Shown: positions 7,556 to 16,883, numbered from the stretch's first letter. The stretch: 64,000 bases of DNA from Chitinophagales bacterium (GCA_041392955.1 JAWKLB010000001.1:37344-101343); one strand, 5' to 3'. Program-made: numbers and translations. The notes: a model not told the origin generated them from the sequence alone.

Positions 7556-7775
7556 CTGCAAAGTCTCCGACTTGCAGCAAACCGCTCTGCAGGCTCTGCT
7601 AAGTCTCCAGATTTGCAGCACTATTCCCGGGTCTCCGACCCATTTTTAACACGCACTGCAAAGTCTCCAGACTTGCAGCACGCACTACTGCTCTGCAAAG
7701 TCTCCAGACTTGCAGCGCTAATCCCGGGTCTCCGACCCATTTTTAACACGCTCTGCTATGTCTCCAGACTTGCAG
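7556..7775 (+). repeat. Composite array: 5 long GTCTCC-core units interleaved with 2 short-stem units
   Basis: Long units start at 7556, 7596, 7656, 7693 and 7753. Short GGGTC-TCC-GACCC hairpins followed by ATTTTT lie at 7629-7641 and 7726-7738. The higher-order period is 97 bp. Confidence 0.9.
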
Positions 7776-7883
7776 CATCAACCCTGTCTCTCACCCACAT
7801 TAACCATCTCCCCAAAAAAATTATCTCCAAACATTTGCGTAGTCAAATAACTACATATATATTTGTAGTCAAATAGCTACATA

Positions 7884-8207
7884 ATGAACCTCCGACGCGA
7901 TGTTTTCCAGGCCATAGCCGACCCCACCCGCCGGGCCATTCTCTTGTTGCTGGCTTCGCAAAGTATGAGTGCCGGTGCCATAGCAGCTAATTTCGATACG
8001 GCAAGGCCAACCGTCTCCAAGCACCTGCAGATACTCACGGAATGTGAACTGTTGTCGCAGGAACACAACGGCAGGGAGGTGTATTATCATTTGAACGCTC
8101 AGGGTATGAAAGAAATAGCCGACTATATAGAACCCTTCCGCATGATGTGGGAGCATAGATTTCATAAGCTGGAATCAGTCATGAAAAAATATAAACGCAA
8201 AAAATAA
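7884..8207 (+). CDS. ArsR/SmtB family transcriptional regulator
   Basis: [20 protein letters not shown]...[10 protein letters not shown] is the canonical ArsR wHTH. Confidence 0.85.
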   Translation: MNLRRDVFQAIADPTRRAILLLLASQSMSAGAIAANFDTARPTVSKHLQILTECELLSQEHNGREVYYHLNAQGMKEIADYIEPFRMMWEHRFHKLESVMKKYKRKK

Positions 8208-8212
8208 AGTAT

Positions 8213-8680
8213 ATGGAACGCAAAACGCAAGTGCATGCCGAAGCGGGCAGACAGGATCTGCTGATCACACGTGTATTCGAACTTCCTGTGGATCTGTTGT
8301 ACCGCGCTTTTACGGAAGCGGATATCGTACAACAGTGGATGAACACCCATGTGATCAAACTGGAAAGTAAGACACATGGCAGCTGGCAATTTGAAACGCT
8401 GGACCCATCGGGCAATGTTGCCTTTAAAGCGAACGGGACCATACATATACTTATACCGGAAGAAAAACTGGTGCGCACCTTCGAAATGGAAAATGCTGCC
8501 TTTGGTGTGCAGTTGGAAATTCTGGAATTCAAATCCATCGATGAAAATACAAGCAGTTTGCAGATGCATTCCATTTATGAATCAGTGGAACTTCGAGATG
8601 CCATGTTGAAATTACCTTTTGCGTATGGCATAAATATGGCCCACGATCGTTTGCAGGAAATTCTTCAATCATTAAAATAA
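8213..8680 (+). CDS. SRPBCC superfamily protein (Aha1/activator of Hsp90 ATPase-like domain)
   Basis: The size, the position immediately after ArsR, and the LITRVFELPVDLLYRAFTE...WM pattern fit the Aha1_N/SRPBCC family. Confidence 0.7.
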   Translation: MERKTQVHAEAGRQDLLITRVFELPVDLLYRAFTEADIVQQWMNTHVIKLESKTHGSWQFETLDPSGNVAFKANGTIHILIPEEKLVRTFEMENAAFGVQLEILEFKSIDENTSSLQMHSIYESVELRDAMLKLPFAYGINMAHDRLQEILQSLK

Positions 8681-8684
8681 CGTT

Positions 8685-9074
8685 ATGCAAAAAAGAAACA
8701 GGATCATATATTGGATAGCCACGGTGTGGCTTTGCCTGGGCATGGTCTCGACCGGAAGTGCGCAATTACGTCATGTGCAAAAAGGTCCTGGGGCAACAGA
8801 GATGATGACACATTTGGGTTATCCTGTATATATGCTCACCATGTTGGGTCTGTTGAAAGTGGCGGCAGCGGTCGCCTTGCTTATCCCGCGCTTTCCTTTA
8901 ATAAAAGAATGGGCATATGCCGGATGTTTTTTCCTGATGTTCGGAGCAATATGGTCGCATATCGCAGTTGGGGATACCGTTGCAGAATTAATTCCTGCCT
9001 TGCTGTTAATTGTACTTACCATTGTATCTTGGTATTTCCGACCGACCAACAGAAAATTGGTCTCACCCGTATAA
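8685..9074 (+). CDS. DoxX-like membrane protein
   Basis: 129 aa with four hydrophobic segments. The pattern KVAAAVALLIPRFPLIKEWAYAGCFFLMFGAIWSHI is typical of the DoxX-like family. Confidence 0.6.
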   Translation: MQKRNRIIYWIATVWLCLGMVSTGSAQLRHVQKGPGATEMMTHLGYPVYMLTMLGLLKVAAAVALLIPRFPLIKEWAYAGCFFLMFGAIWSHIAVGDTVAELIPALLLIVLTIVSWYFRPTNRKLVSPV

Positions 9075-9085
9075 AAAATACAGAA

Positions 9086-9643
9086 ATGAAAAAAGAATTA
9101 TCCGCAAAAGATCGCGACGCCCTGATAGAAATAGTACACAGGCGTTTTGCCAAACATATGCACAGGCATAAAGGCATAACATGGGATGATGTGCTGGTCA
9201 GACTGGAAAAAAATCCGAAAGCAATCCACGCTTTACAGGCTATGGAAGAAACTGGCGGAGAGCCGGATGTGATAGAAAGAGATAAAAAAACCGGTGCGAT
9301 CGTATTTTATGATTGCGCAGAGGAAAGTCCGAAGGGCAGACGTAGTTATTGTTATGATTATGAGGCCCTGATGTCGCGCAAAGAGCACAAACCCAAACAC
9401 AGTGCATTGGAGGCTGCTGCTGAAATGGGGATAGAATTATTGGATGAGGAGCAATACAAGTTTTTGCAGCAATTCGGTCCTTTCGACAATAAAACTTCCA
9501 GTTGGGTAAGAACACCGGATGCCGTTCGCGAGCTCGGCGGAGCCATTTTCGGTGATTGCCGTTTCGGTCGCATTTTCATCTACCACAACGGCGCCGAATC
9601 GTATTATGCAGCAAGAGGTTTCAGGGGGAGATTGGTGGTGTGA
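9086..9643 (+). CDS. DUF4256 domain protein
   Basis: I moved the start to the in-frame ATG at 9086 (MKKELSAKDRDALIE...). The long ORF-track extension (8711) overlaps the DoxX gene. Motifs GGEPDVI...YDCAEESPKGRRSYCYD and TSSWVRTP are present. Confidence 0.6.
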   Translation: MKKELSAKDRDALIEIVHRRFAKHMHRHKGITWDDVLVRLEKNPKAIHALQAMEETGGEPDVIERDKKTGAIVFYDCAEESPKGRRSYCYDYEALMSRKEHKPKHSALEAAAEMGIELLDEEQYKFLQQFGPFDNKTSSWVRTPDAVRELGGAIFGDCRFGRIFIYHNGAESYYAARGFRGRLVV

Positions 9644-9765
9644 AGAAATGAAAAATGAAAAATGAAAGATGAAAAATGAAAAATGAAAAATGTCCGCCGG
9701 TAGGCGGATCACCCGTAGGGTGGAAAGATGAAAAATGAAAGAGGAAAAATGAAATCGGTAATCAC
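9644..9765 (+). repeat. Period-7 array (AAAAATG)n interrupted by a conserved GC-rich double hairpin
   Basis: There are 7 heptamers at 9644-9692. TCCGCC-GGTA-GGCGGA lies at 9693-9708 and CACCC-GTA-GGGTG at 9710-9722. Six more heptamers lie at 9724-9765. The 37-nt core recurs at 59832-59868. Confidence 0.85.
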
Positions 9766-9804
9766 ATATCGTTGCAGGACGTAGCATTGCGTCACTTATA
9801 CAAA

Positions 9805-9960
9805 AATGAGGAATTAGGAATGATCCGTAACAATAACAAATAGTCCCTCTGCGCCCTCAGCGAAGAACTCTGCGATTTGCCTCCCGCAGGGACGGCACAC
9901 TGCGTGAAATTTAGGAATTAGGTCCGAAGGACCCCTTAGGGGAATAATGAATAAGGAATT
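9805..9960 (+). repeat. Mosaic intergenic segment: GGAATTA-type heptamers plus mini-hairpin pair GGTCC-GAA-GGACC / CCCC-TTA-GGGG
   Basis: Heptamers AATGAGG AATTAGG AATGATC start at about 9805. Hairpins lie at 9921-9933 and 9932-9942. The same stem pair occurs inverted at 23472-23492. Confidence 0.6.
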
Positions 9961-10023
9961 TCCTGGTGTACCTTTGTGCTGATTCTGTCATAGCGGCCTC
10001 GCCGGATACAAATGAAATGATGT

Positions 10024-10602
10024 ATGAACCCTAAAGCAAATTTCTTCTTCGATAAACCGACGCAGTGGCAAAAAGAATATGCCAAAATGCGCAGCATCGC
10101 ACTGGATTGTAATTTGGTGGAAGATGTAAAATGGGGTTGTCCCTGCTATACCCTCAACGGTAAAAACATAGTTCTTATTCATGGCTTCAAAGAATATTGC
10201 GCCTACTTGTTCTTTAAAGGTGCTTTACTCAAAGACACCGATAAGCTTCTGATCCAGCAGACTAAAAATGTGCAATCACCCAGGCAGATCCGCTTCACGA
10301 ACCTTAAACAGATCAAAGAGCTGGAAAAAGTACTGAAGACATATATTTTTCAGGCGATAGAAGTGGAAAAAGCCGGATTGAAAGTTGTATTAAAAGAACC
10401 CGAAGCTTTCGACATGGCGGAAGAATTTGAAATACAGCTGAGCAAAAGTGCAAAGCTCAAAAAAGCATTCTATGCATTGACTCCCGGCCGCCAGCGTGCC
10501 TATCTGCTGCATTTCTCCCAACCCAAGCAGGCAAAGACGCGGGAAGCCAGAGTGCAGAAGTGCATTCCGGCAATTATGCAAGGGCGGGGTTTGAATGATT
10601 GA
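10024..10602 (+). CDS. YdeI/OmpD-associated (DUF1801-related) family protein
   Basis: WQKEYAKMRSIALDCNLVEDVKWGCPCYTLNGKNIVLIHGFKEYCAYLFFKGALLKD, plus a C-terminal segment LTPGRQRAYLLHFSQPKQAKTREARVQKCIPAI, is typical of the family. Confidence 0.6.
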   Translation: MNPKANFFFDKPTQWQKEYAKMRSIALDCNLVEDVKWGCPCYTLNGKNIVLIHGFKEYCAYLFFKGALLKDTDKLLIQQTKNVQSPRQIRFTNLKQIKELEKVLKTYIFQAIEVEKAGLKVVLKEPEAFDMAEEFEIQLSKSAKLKKAFYALTPGRQRAYLLHFSQPKQAKTREARVQKCIPAIMQGRGLND

Positions 10603-10685
10603 TACTCCTTCAATAATTTTAACAGGTAAGATGGAAGGGTAAAGTACGCACGGCGTTTAGCCCATTTCCTTTTAATGGACAAATA

Positions 10686-10952
10686 ATGAAAACAGTAGTT
10701 ATCGGAGAATCATCCGGCGCAAGCATGGAAAAAATAATGGAAGTGTATCCGCGCCACAAAGCGGTTGCCGAAAAATTCATCGCCATGGGGGTAGTGATCG
10801 GCATCGGGCGCTTCAGTGGCTCCGGCAATATGGCCATTTTCAAAACACGGGAAGCGGCTGAGCAATTTGTGCGCGAAGATCCTTTTATTTTGGAAGGGCT
10901 TGTAGGTTCTTTCGTTATCCGCGATTGGATGGATGAGTTGATACCGGAATAA
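10686..10952 (+). CDS. YciI-like small protein
   Basis: 88 aa. The C-terminal FVREDPFILEGLVGSFVIRDW resembles the YciI-family signature (DPF...G). Confidence 0.5.
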   Translation: MKTVVIGESSGASMEKIMEVYPRHKAVAEKFIAMGVVIGIGRFSGSGNMAIFKTREAAEQFVREDPFILEGLVGSFVIRDWMDELIPE

Positions 10953-10968
10953 GTTTTTGCAACAATCA

Positions 10969-11715
10969 ATGAAATTCCAGGATAATTTTTCTGCTCAGTC
11001 TGCCCTCTACGCCAGATTGCGTCCGCAATATCCGGATGCATTGTTTTCTTTTTTGTCGGGGCTGACCTCCGGACATGAACTTTCCTGGGATGTCGGTTGT
11101 GGCAACGGGCAATCTGCTTTAAGTTTAACCGGACATTATAAACAGGTTATCGCAACAGATCCCAGTGCAGAGCAGATAGCGCATGCTACTCAACATGAGC
11201 AAATACGCTATACCGTGCAGCGCGCCGAAGATTGCGATCTGCCAAAAGCATCCGTAGATCTCATTACCGCAGCTAATGCATTGCATTGGTTCGATCTGCA
11301 GGCTTTTTATCCTGTAGCAGAAAAAGTGTTGAAACCGGGCGGCATATTCGCAGCATGGTGTTATGGTATTCCGGGGGTCAATGAATCAGTAGATGGCATT
11401 GTGCGCACATTGCATGATGAAGTGCTCGGTTCATTTTGGGTGGAAGCGAATCGTCTGGTAGAAAATGCATACCGGGATCTGTATTTCCCTTTTCCGGAAA
11501 TACAAGTTCCTGCGTTTACATCGATAAAAACATTCGATCTGCATACATTTTGTGATTACCTGCGCACCTGGTCTGCAGTGCAGAAATATATACAGGCATA
11601 TGGTTCTGATCCACTCAATAGTATTGAAAATGACCTGCGTGCGGTATGGGGAGATCCCGAAACACCAAAAAGCATAGTGTGGTCCCTTGCGTGTAAAGTG
11701 ACCGCTTGTAAATAA
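10969..11715 (+). CDS. Class I SAM-dependent methyltransferase
   Basis: SAM motif I is WDVGCGNGQSA. The later motif ITAANALHWFD also fits. I preferred the ATG at 10969 over the TTG at 10957. Confidence 0.8.
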   Translation: MKFQDNFSAQSALYARLRPQYPDALFSFLSGLTSGHELSWDVGCGNGQSALSLTGHYKQVIATDPSAEQIAHATQHEQIRYTVQRAEDCDLPKASVDLITAANALHWFDLQAFYPVAEKVLKPGGIFAAWCYGIPGVNESVDGIVRTLHDEVLGSFWVEANRLVENAYRDLYFPFPEIQVPAFTSIKTFDLHTFCDYLRTWSAVQKYIQAYGSDPLNSIENDLRAVWGDPETPKSIVWSLACKVTACK

Positions 11716-11778
11716 TTGCCTTAGAAAGTCAAGTAATTTTCGCTTCAAGCGGTCGTTATACTGAAAAGCGATGCTAAA

Positions 11779-12951
11779 ATGCGCTGTTTTCTCCTGCTCT
11801 ATCTTACACTCTGTTTGAGTCCTTTGTTGGGATTCGAAACGCCTACGTACACCCAACGAGAAAAAAACCTTGTATTTAGTTATTCTACAACGGGTGGTGA
11901 TTTCTATGACATGAACAAGGGAAATATCCTATATGCTTTAGTTAAAAAAACTATGCAGGAAGGCGGCTATCAGGATGAACCAGTGTTGCTTTGTGTCGGA
12001 TATTTTTTGTTCGATTCAACAGACATCGCAGTCGGCTATGGAAGCTTTGATTTTTTCGATTATATCAACGGTCGTATAGACTCCACACACTATACAGGCT
12101 TGAAATTGTATTTTAGTCATGAAGTGGATTTTCGTCAGATAATTACCGTGTTAGACAATGCCATTCAGCAAAGATCTGAGATCATCAAAAGACAAAAAGT
12201 ACTGGATACGGATTTTTATGGATTTAGTAATACCTATTACCCCCGCAAGGATACCATTCGATCTATTTCTCCATTGGAAATTTCACATATTATGAAAGCG
12301 CCAGGTACTCTAGTGGATAAAATTGACCAAGAGCGGACTTTTCCCGGAGTATTTAATTTGCCGATGTGCTCTGCCTACTTTTATTATTATCAAAACGGCA
12401 GATTTCATATTTATGCAGGCGATACAAGCGGCAAGATAATCGATACATTTCACTATAGATCAAACTACGATAAGTACACCAACTGCAATGGTGAAATGAC
12501 TTTATTTCCTCCCGAGTACAAGGGCGTGGATGTTTTGGAGGTGGTAAATATTTGGTGGGTTGATCAGTTAGATACCCTGGGCGCATGTATTTTTTCTGAC
12601 GCATATACATTTTATTTTGTAGATAAGCTTGCAGATACCATAACTGGCCCTTTTACCATGCATGGAGCAGATGCCGGCAGGTGGCCTTATATGGTTTATG
12701 AAAAAAAGGCTCAACCTGTACCACACGTTGTAATGAGAACCAATGGATATCGGGAAAGTCTGATGGCCTTGTTCATCCCGGAAAAGCAATTGCTGATCTC
12801 GCCATATGCACCCGGTGCTGAAAAATTTATTTTCGGTTTGTTGGCCGGCAATGCGCCGGGTGAAATGCTTGCCTTTCATACTTATTATGGTTTTCTTTTC
12901 TGCTTGGCATTTTGCGGTATGATATGTGTAGGGTTTTTGATAAAAGGATAG
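11779..12951 (+). CDS. Hypothetical protein with N-terminal signal and C-terminal TM segment
   Basis: 390-aa ORF with an N-terminal hydrophobic leader and a C-terminal YYGFLFCLAFCGMICVGFLI. No family recognised. Confidence 0.45.
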   Translation: MRCFLLLYLTLCLSPLLGFETPTYTQREKNLVFSYSTTGGDFYDMNKGNILYALVKKTMQEGGYQDEPVLLCVGYFLFDSTDIAVGYGSFDFFDYINGRIDSTHYTGLKLYFSHEVDFRQIITVLDNAIQQRSEIIKRQKVLDTDFYGFSNTYYPRKDTIRSISPLEISHIMKAPGTLVDKIDQERTFPGVFNLPMCSAYFYYYQNGRFHIYAGDTSGKIIDTFHYRSNYDKYTNCNGEMTLFPPEYKGVDVLEVVNIWWVDQLDTLGACIFSDAYTFYFVDKLADTITGPFTMHGADAGRWPYMVYEKKAQPVPHVVMRTNGYRESLMALFIPEKQLLISPYAPGAEKFIFGLLAGNAPGEMLAFHTYYGFLFCLAFCGMICVGFLIKG

Positions 12952-13029
12952 CAGATCGTTATGCCATTCATTTTTATTTGCCTGGTTTATTTTTTATTGT
13001 GAATGTATTTTATTATCTTAATTGAATAA

Positions 13030-13827
13030 ATGTCAACCGTAAATGATCCTTGGAACGAAGGCGAACTCTATACCCGCTACATGGGTCGATGGAGCAGTCT
13101 GGCAGCTGAACAATTTCTCCGATGGCTGCAAATGCCGGCGCATTTGGATTGGCTCGACCTGGGTTGCGGTGCCGGTGCTCTAAGTGTAGCTATTTCCAGG
13201 CGAAATGATCCCCGGAAATTATATTGCATAGATCCTTCAGCAGCTTTCCTGGAAAAAACGCAAAAGATGTTAGATATGCAAGCAACGTATGCAGTTGGTG
13301 ATGCGGAACATATTCCTTTCGCCGATGATAACTTTGATGTAGTGGTATCGGGATTGGCAATGAATTTTTTTCCATCCATGCAGGCTGCGTTGCAGGAGAT
13401 ATGCAGAGCAACGAAACCGGGAGGGACCATAGCTGCATACATATGGGATTATGCCGGTGTAATGGATATGTTGCGCATTTTTTGGAGTGCGGTCATAGAA
13501 CTGGATCCTGCAGCAAAAAAGCTGGATGAAGCGGTCCGTTTTGCGCAATATACGCCTGCGTTCCTGAGGCAACATTTTCTCCAGGCTAAATTGGAACATA
13601 TCGAGACCGGATTCATGGAGATCGAAACGGTATTTCAGGATATGGAGGATTATTGGTCGCCATTCCTGAGCGGACAAGGTCCTGCTCCCGGATATGTTGC
13701 CTCCCTAAATGAAAATAACAGGGAAAGATTGTTCCGGCATCTGCAAAACAAACTTCCGATACAGCGAGATGGCAGTTTACATCTAAAAGCGAGGGCTATC
13801 GCTATAGCCGGTAAATGCCCTTTATAA
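13030..13827 (+). CDS. Class I SAM-dependent methyltransferase
   Basis: SAM motif I is LDLGCGAGALS. The post-I segment DVVVSGLAMNFF and KPGGTIAAYIWD also fit. Confidence 0.8.
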   Translation: MSTVNDPWNEGELYTRYMGRWSSLAAEQFLRWLQMPAHLDWLDLGCGAGALSVAISRRNDPRKLYCIDPSAAFLEKTQKMLDMQATYAVGDAEHIPFADDNFDVVVSGLAMNFFPSMQAALQEICRATKPGGTIAAYIWDYAGVMDMLRIFWSAVIELDPAAKKLDEAVRFAQYTPAFLRQHFLQAKLEHIETGFMEIETVFQDMEDYWSPFLSGQGPAPGYVASLNENNRERLFRHLQNKLPIQRDGSLHLKARAIAIAGKCPL

Positions 13828-14204
13828 CCAAACGCATACCTCCGTTTTGTGTGTGGCCGATCAGGCTTTGCACATCGGCGATTCGGCATCCATGAGATAA
13901 AAATTTTCAATACTTTTTAATCCTTGCTTTTGTATCCGTTACATATAATTATATGCGTGCACATTTTTATCGCAAGATGTGATCGGCTTTCGCGCGTGCT
14001 ATAACGTTGCAATAAATAGATATTGATTGAATGAAAAAAGGATTTGTGCGTCTATATCCTCTATTATCCTTTTCTGTTTGGATTAGTATGTCTTGCTTAT
14101 GTGTTTTTCCAGTTATATAGACTGTAGTTGCACCTATATGTAGTAAATTCAGTGACGCTAAATAAAGTATTAAGAATTGCTTATTAAGATTCCCCCTAAA
14201 AGCC

Positions 14205-16883
14205 TTATTGTACCACAATTCGACTATTAAATTCTCCTTGATTAGGTATTAGAACATGAATTAGATATATCCCTGCCGGAAGGTTTGCACAAGAAAAAGC
14301 ATAGAAGCTACCCGAAAACTTTTGTTCTTGTATGGTTTTCCCATCTAAACCTGTCAATTGAAATATGGCGTTGTCAACATAGCAATTAAGCTGCATTTTT
14401 GCCAATCCACCGGTTGGATTCGGAGAAATTGAAATTTCCAATGGCGCATTGTCGTTGATATTAACTTGCGGTAGGTAAATAAGTGTCTTGGCGGTATCAG
14501 TAAGTATGGGAGCGTTATAATCGAAAATAATGGATGCGCTATTTTCGATAAAATCGCCTGGAGCCAGATCCGACCTTGTCCTAATTTCATATACGAGATA
14601 GCCATGGCTACCCGCTTCATCTATATCAGCATATGGTAGTTTAATATTAGAAAAATCGAAAATCAGATTGTTAGCTGCATCCAGTGCGAAATAAGTGATA
14701 GTGTCTGATACAGCTTTAATGGTAATGCTTTCAACTATAAGGCCTTCCGGTAATGTATTTTGCAAGCGCACAAAGAAAGCTGTATCTGTTCCTGTATTTT
14801 GAAAATTTATAGTATATTCTAAGAGCGGATTGGAAGGTAGATCATTAAAGGATAACAATTCTTTATCCACATAAATGTTATTTGGATCGAAAGAACTTGT
14901 AATTAGTACAGAGACTGTATCAAAATTGCATTCAGGACCTGCATCATCTATTATAGGGTCTATTTTAAAATGGGAAACGGCATAAGTGGAATCAAAAGGT
15001 GCATCTTCATTTACTGTTACGAACAAAATGTAAACCCCTCCTTCAAATGGGTCAAGGACGGGAGTTTCCCAGACAATGGAATCCTCGCTGAGCAGGTCTG
15101 GACTGACAGTGCAAGAATCATAAGTGATATATTCAGAAGGATAGAATGTTATGGTTCCTGGTAGGGTAGTGGTACCCATATTAAAATAATACATTCCATA
15201 GCATGCTGTAAATCCCGGTCGGAAAGGGGTCAGTGCGAACGCATCAATACATAGATCATTAAAATCTCCGTAGGGCTGATAAACAAAGGATTTTCCAGTA
15301 TCCACGTTTCCAAACGCTCCATATGTATTTGAATAAGAGGATGGAACAAGGTCATAATACATTAAGGCTGGTGCAGAAACTATATATGTGCCCGTTTCAG
15401 GGATGCCAAGTGTATAGCTGCCATCTGCTTTTGATAATGTGATCGAGCCGGATGTTTCATCCTGTATCAGCATATTGATCCAATAAAAGTCATCTCCATC
15501 AATAATTCCATTTGCATCAAAGTCTACTCCGATATCTCCTTGTACAAGATTGAGATCGTGCGATATCTTCACGATCCAAATATCATCTCCTCCATGAGAT
15601 GTTACCGTTTTATTCCCGTTCAATAATGAACCAGAAGTGCCGCATAGCACATAAGCATAATCATTTGTTTGTACAACGTCTGCTAATTGATCGTCATTTG
15701 TTCCGCCAAAGGTGATATCCTGTAAAATATTCCCAAGTGGGTCTAATTCAACAAACCAATAGTCGTAATCTCCGAAAGAGGCTTCAGTTTTATCGGCAAA
15801 TATTCCTGAGCTGGATTCGCCGGCCAATAAATAGTTGCCATCTATTGTTTGAATCGCATGATATAGACGTTCATTTTGATCAGCCCCTATGGTATTTTGC
15901 CACTGTATGTGTCCGTAAGGATCTAATTTGACTACCCAGTAATCAAAAAGTCCAATACTGGCTTCAGTTTTATTGCCATTAATTCCGGAAGCTGAATATC
16001 CAACTAATAAAAAGCCATTGTCAAAAGTTTGTATTATATCCGATAAATAGTCATTTACATTTCCGCCAAAATCTTTTTGCCAAATACTATTTCCTTCCGC
16101 ATTAATTTTAGTTATATAATAGTCTATTCCACCAATTTGATCTGCTTCTTTTAAACAGTTAATATCAGAATCTGAGCTTCCACCAATAAGATATCCACCA
16201 TCTGACGTAGATATAATACATCTGCCCCAATCGTTTGAAAATCCTCCCATCTCTTTTTGCCAGATAATATCGCCAGTTTCATCAATTTTAATATACCAAT
16301 AATCCGGGTACGGCAAAGGCGGAAAGCAGTTTTCTACCGTTTTGTTACCGGAAATCAGGGAACCGGATTCACCCATTAAAATATACCCACCACCATAAGC
16401 GGGTGCAATCTGATAAAGATAGTCTTCTTCGTCTCCGCCATAACTACGGTCCCAAAGCACCTCTCCATCATTATCCAGTTTAACTAACCAATAATCAAAA
16501 CTTCCGTACAAAACAGCGGTTTTATCATATGCGGGGGCTGAGGATGAATAACCACCAACCAAATAGCCACCATCTTCGGTTTGTATGATACATGTTGCAT
16601 AGTCGTAACCGGCAGCACCAATAGTATTCTCCCAAATCAAATTTCCGTCGGGATCTGTTTTAATTATCCAGTAATCGTAAAATCCTAAACTATTCTCCGA
16701 TTTCTCGAAACCTGCTGATGAAGCTGAGTATGCTGCGATAAGGATATTTCCATTTGTATCAACTATGGCTTTGCTTATTACATCATCATAATTACCTCCA
16801 ATCGCTTTTTGCCATAGCACAGTTTGAGCATGTGTATGTAAACATAGTATATAAATAAAAGTAAAAAGTAATGGTAGTTTCAT
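14205..16883 (-). CDS. T9SS-secreted repeat (propeller-like) protein, paralogue of 5375-7540
   Basis: It has a signal peptide and about 8 repeats of DGGY.L.G.S.S......KT....G..DYW.VKLD..G...W. A central SFDPNNIYVDKE segment resembles a DUF11-like conserved repeat region. The C-terminus ISISPNPTGGLAKMQL...IYLIHV is a type-A sorting domain. Confidence 0.8.
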   Translation of the reverse strand: MKLPLLFTFIYILCLHTHAQTVLWQKAIGGNYDDVISKAIVDTNGNILIAAYSASSAGFEKSENSLGFYDYWIIKTDPDGNLIWENTIGAAGYDYATCIIQTEDGGYLVGGYSSSAPAYDKTAVLYGSFDYWLVKLDNDGEVLWDRSYGGDEEDYLYQIAPAYGGGYILMGESGSLISGNKTVENCFPPLPYPDYWYIKIDETGDIIWQKEMGGFSNDWGRCIISTSDGGYLIGGSSDSDINCLKEADQIGGIDYYITKINAEGNSIWQKDFGGNVNDYLSDIIQTFDNGFLLVGYSASGINGNKTEASIGLFDYWVVKLDPYGHIQWQNTIGADQNERLYHAIQTIDGNYLLAGESSSGIFADKTEASFGDYDYWFVELDPLGNILQDITFGGTNDDQLADVVQTNDYAYVLCGTSGSLLNGNKTVTSHGGDDIWIVKISHDLNLVQGDIGVDFDANGIIDGDDFYWINMLIQDETSGSITLSKADGSYTLGIPETGTYIVSAPALMYYDLVPSSYSNTYGAFGNVDTGKSFVYQPYGDFNDLCIDAFALTPFRPGFTACYGMYYFNMGTTTLPGTITFYPSEYITYDSCTVSPDLLSEDSIVWETPVLDPFEGGVYILFVTVNEDAPFDSTYAVSHFKIDPIIDDAGPECNFDTVSVLITSSFDPNNIYVDKELLSFNDLPSNPLLEYTINFQNTGTDTAFFVRLQNTLPEGLIVESITIKAVSDTITYFALDAANNLIFDFSNIKLPYADIDEAGSHGYLVYEIRTRSDLAPGDFIENSASIIFDYNAPILTDTAKTLIYLPQVNINDNAPLEISISPNPTGGLAKMQLNCYVDNAIFQLTGLDGKTIQEQKFSGSFYAFSCANLPAGIYLIHVLIPNQGEFNSRIVVQ

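Noticed and set aside
8711-9085. N-terminal 125-codon extension of the DUF4256 ORF (ORF-track start 8711)
   Set aside because: It completely overlaps the DoxX-like gene in another frame. The family-typical sequence begins at the ATG at 9086.
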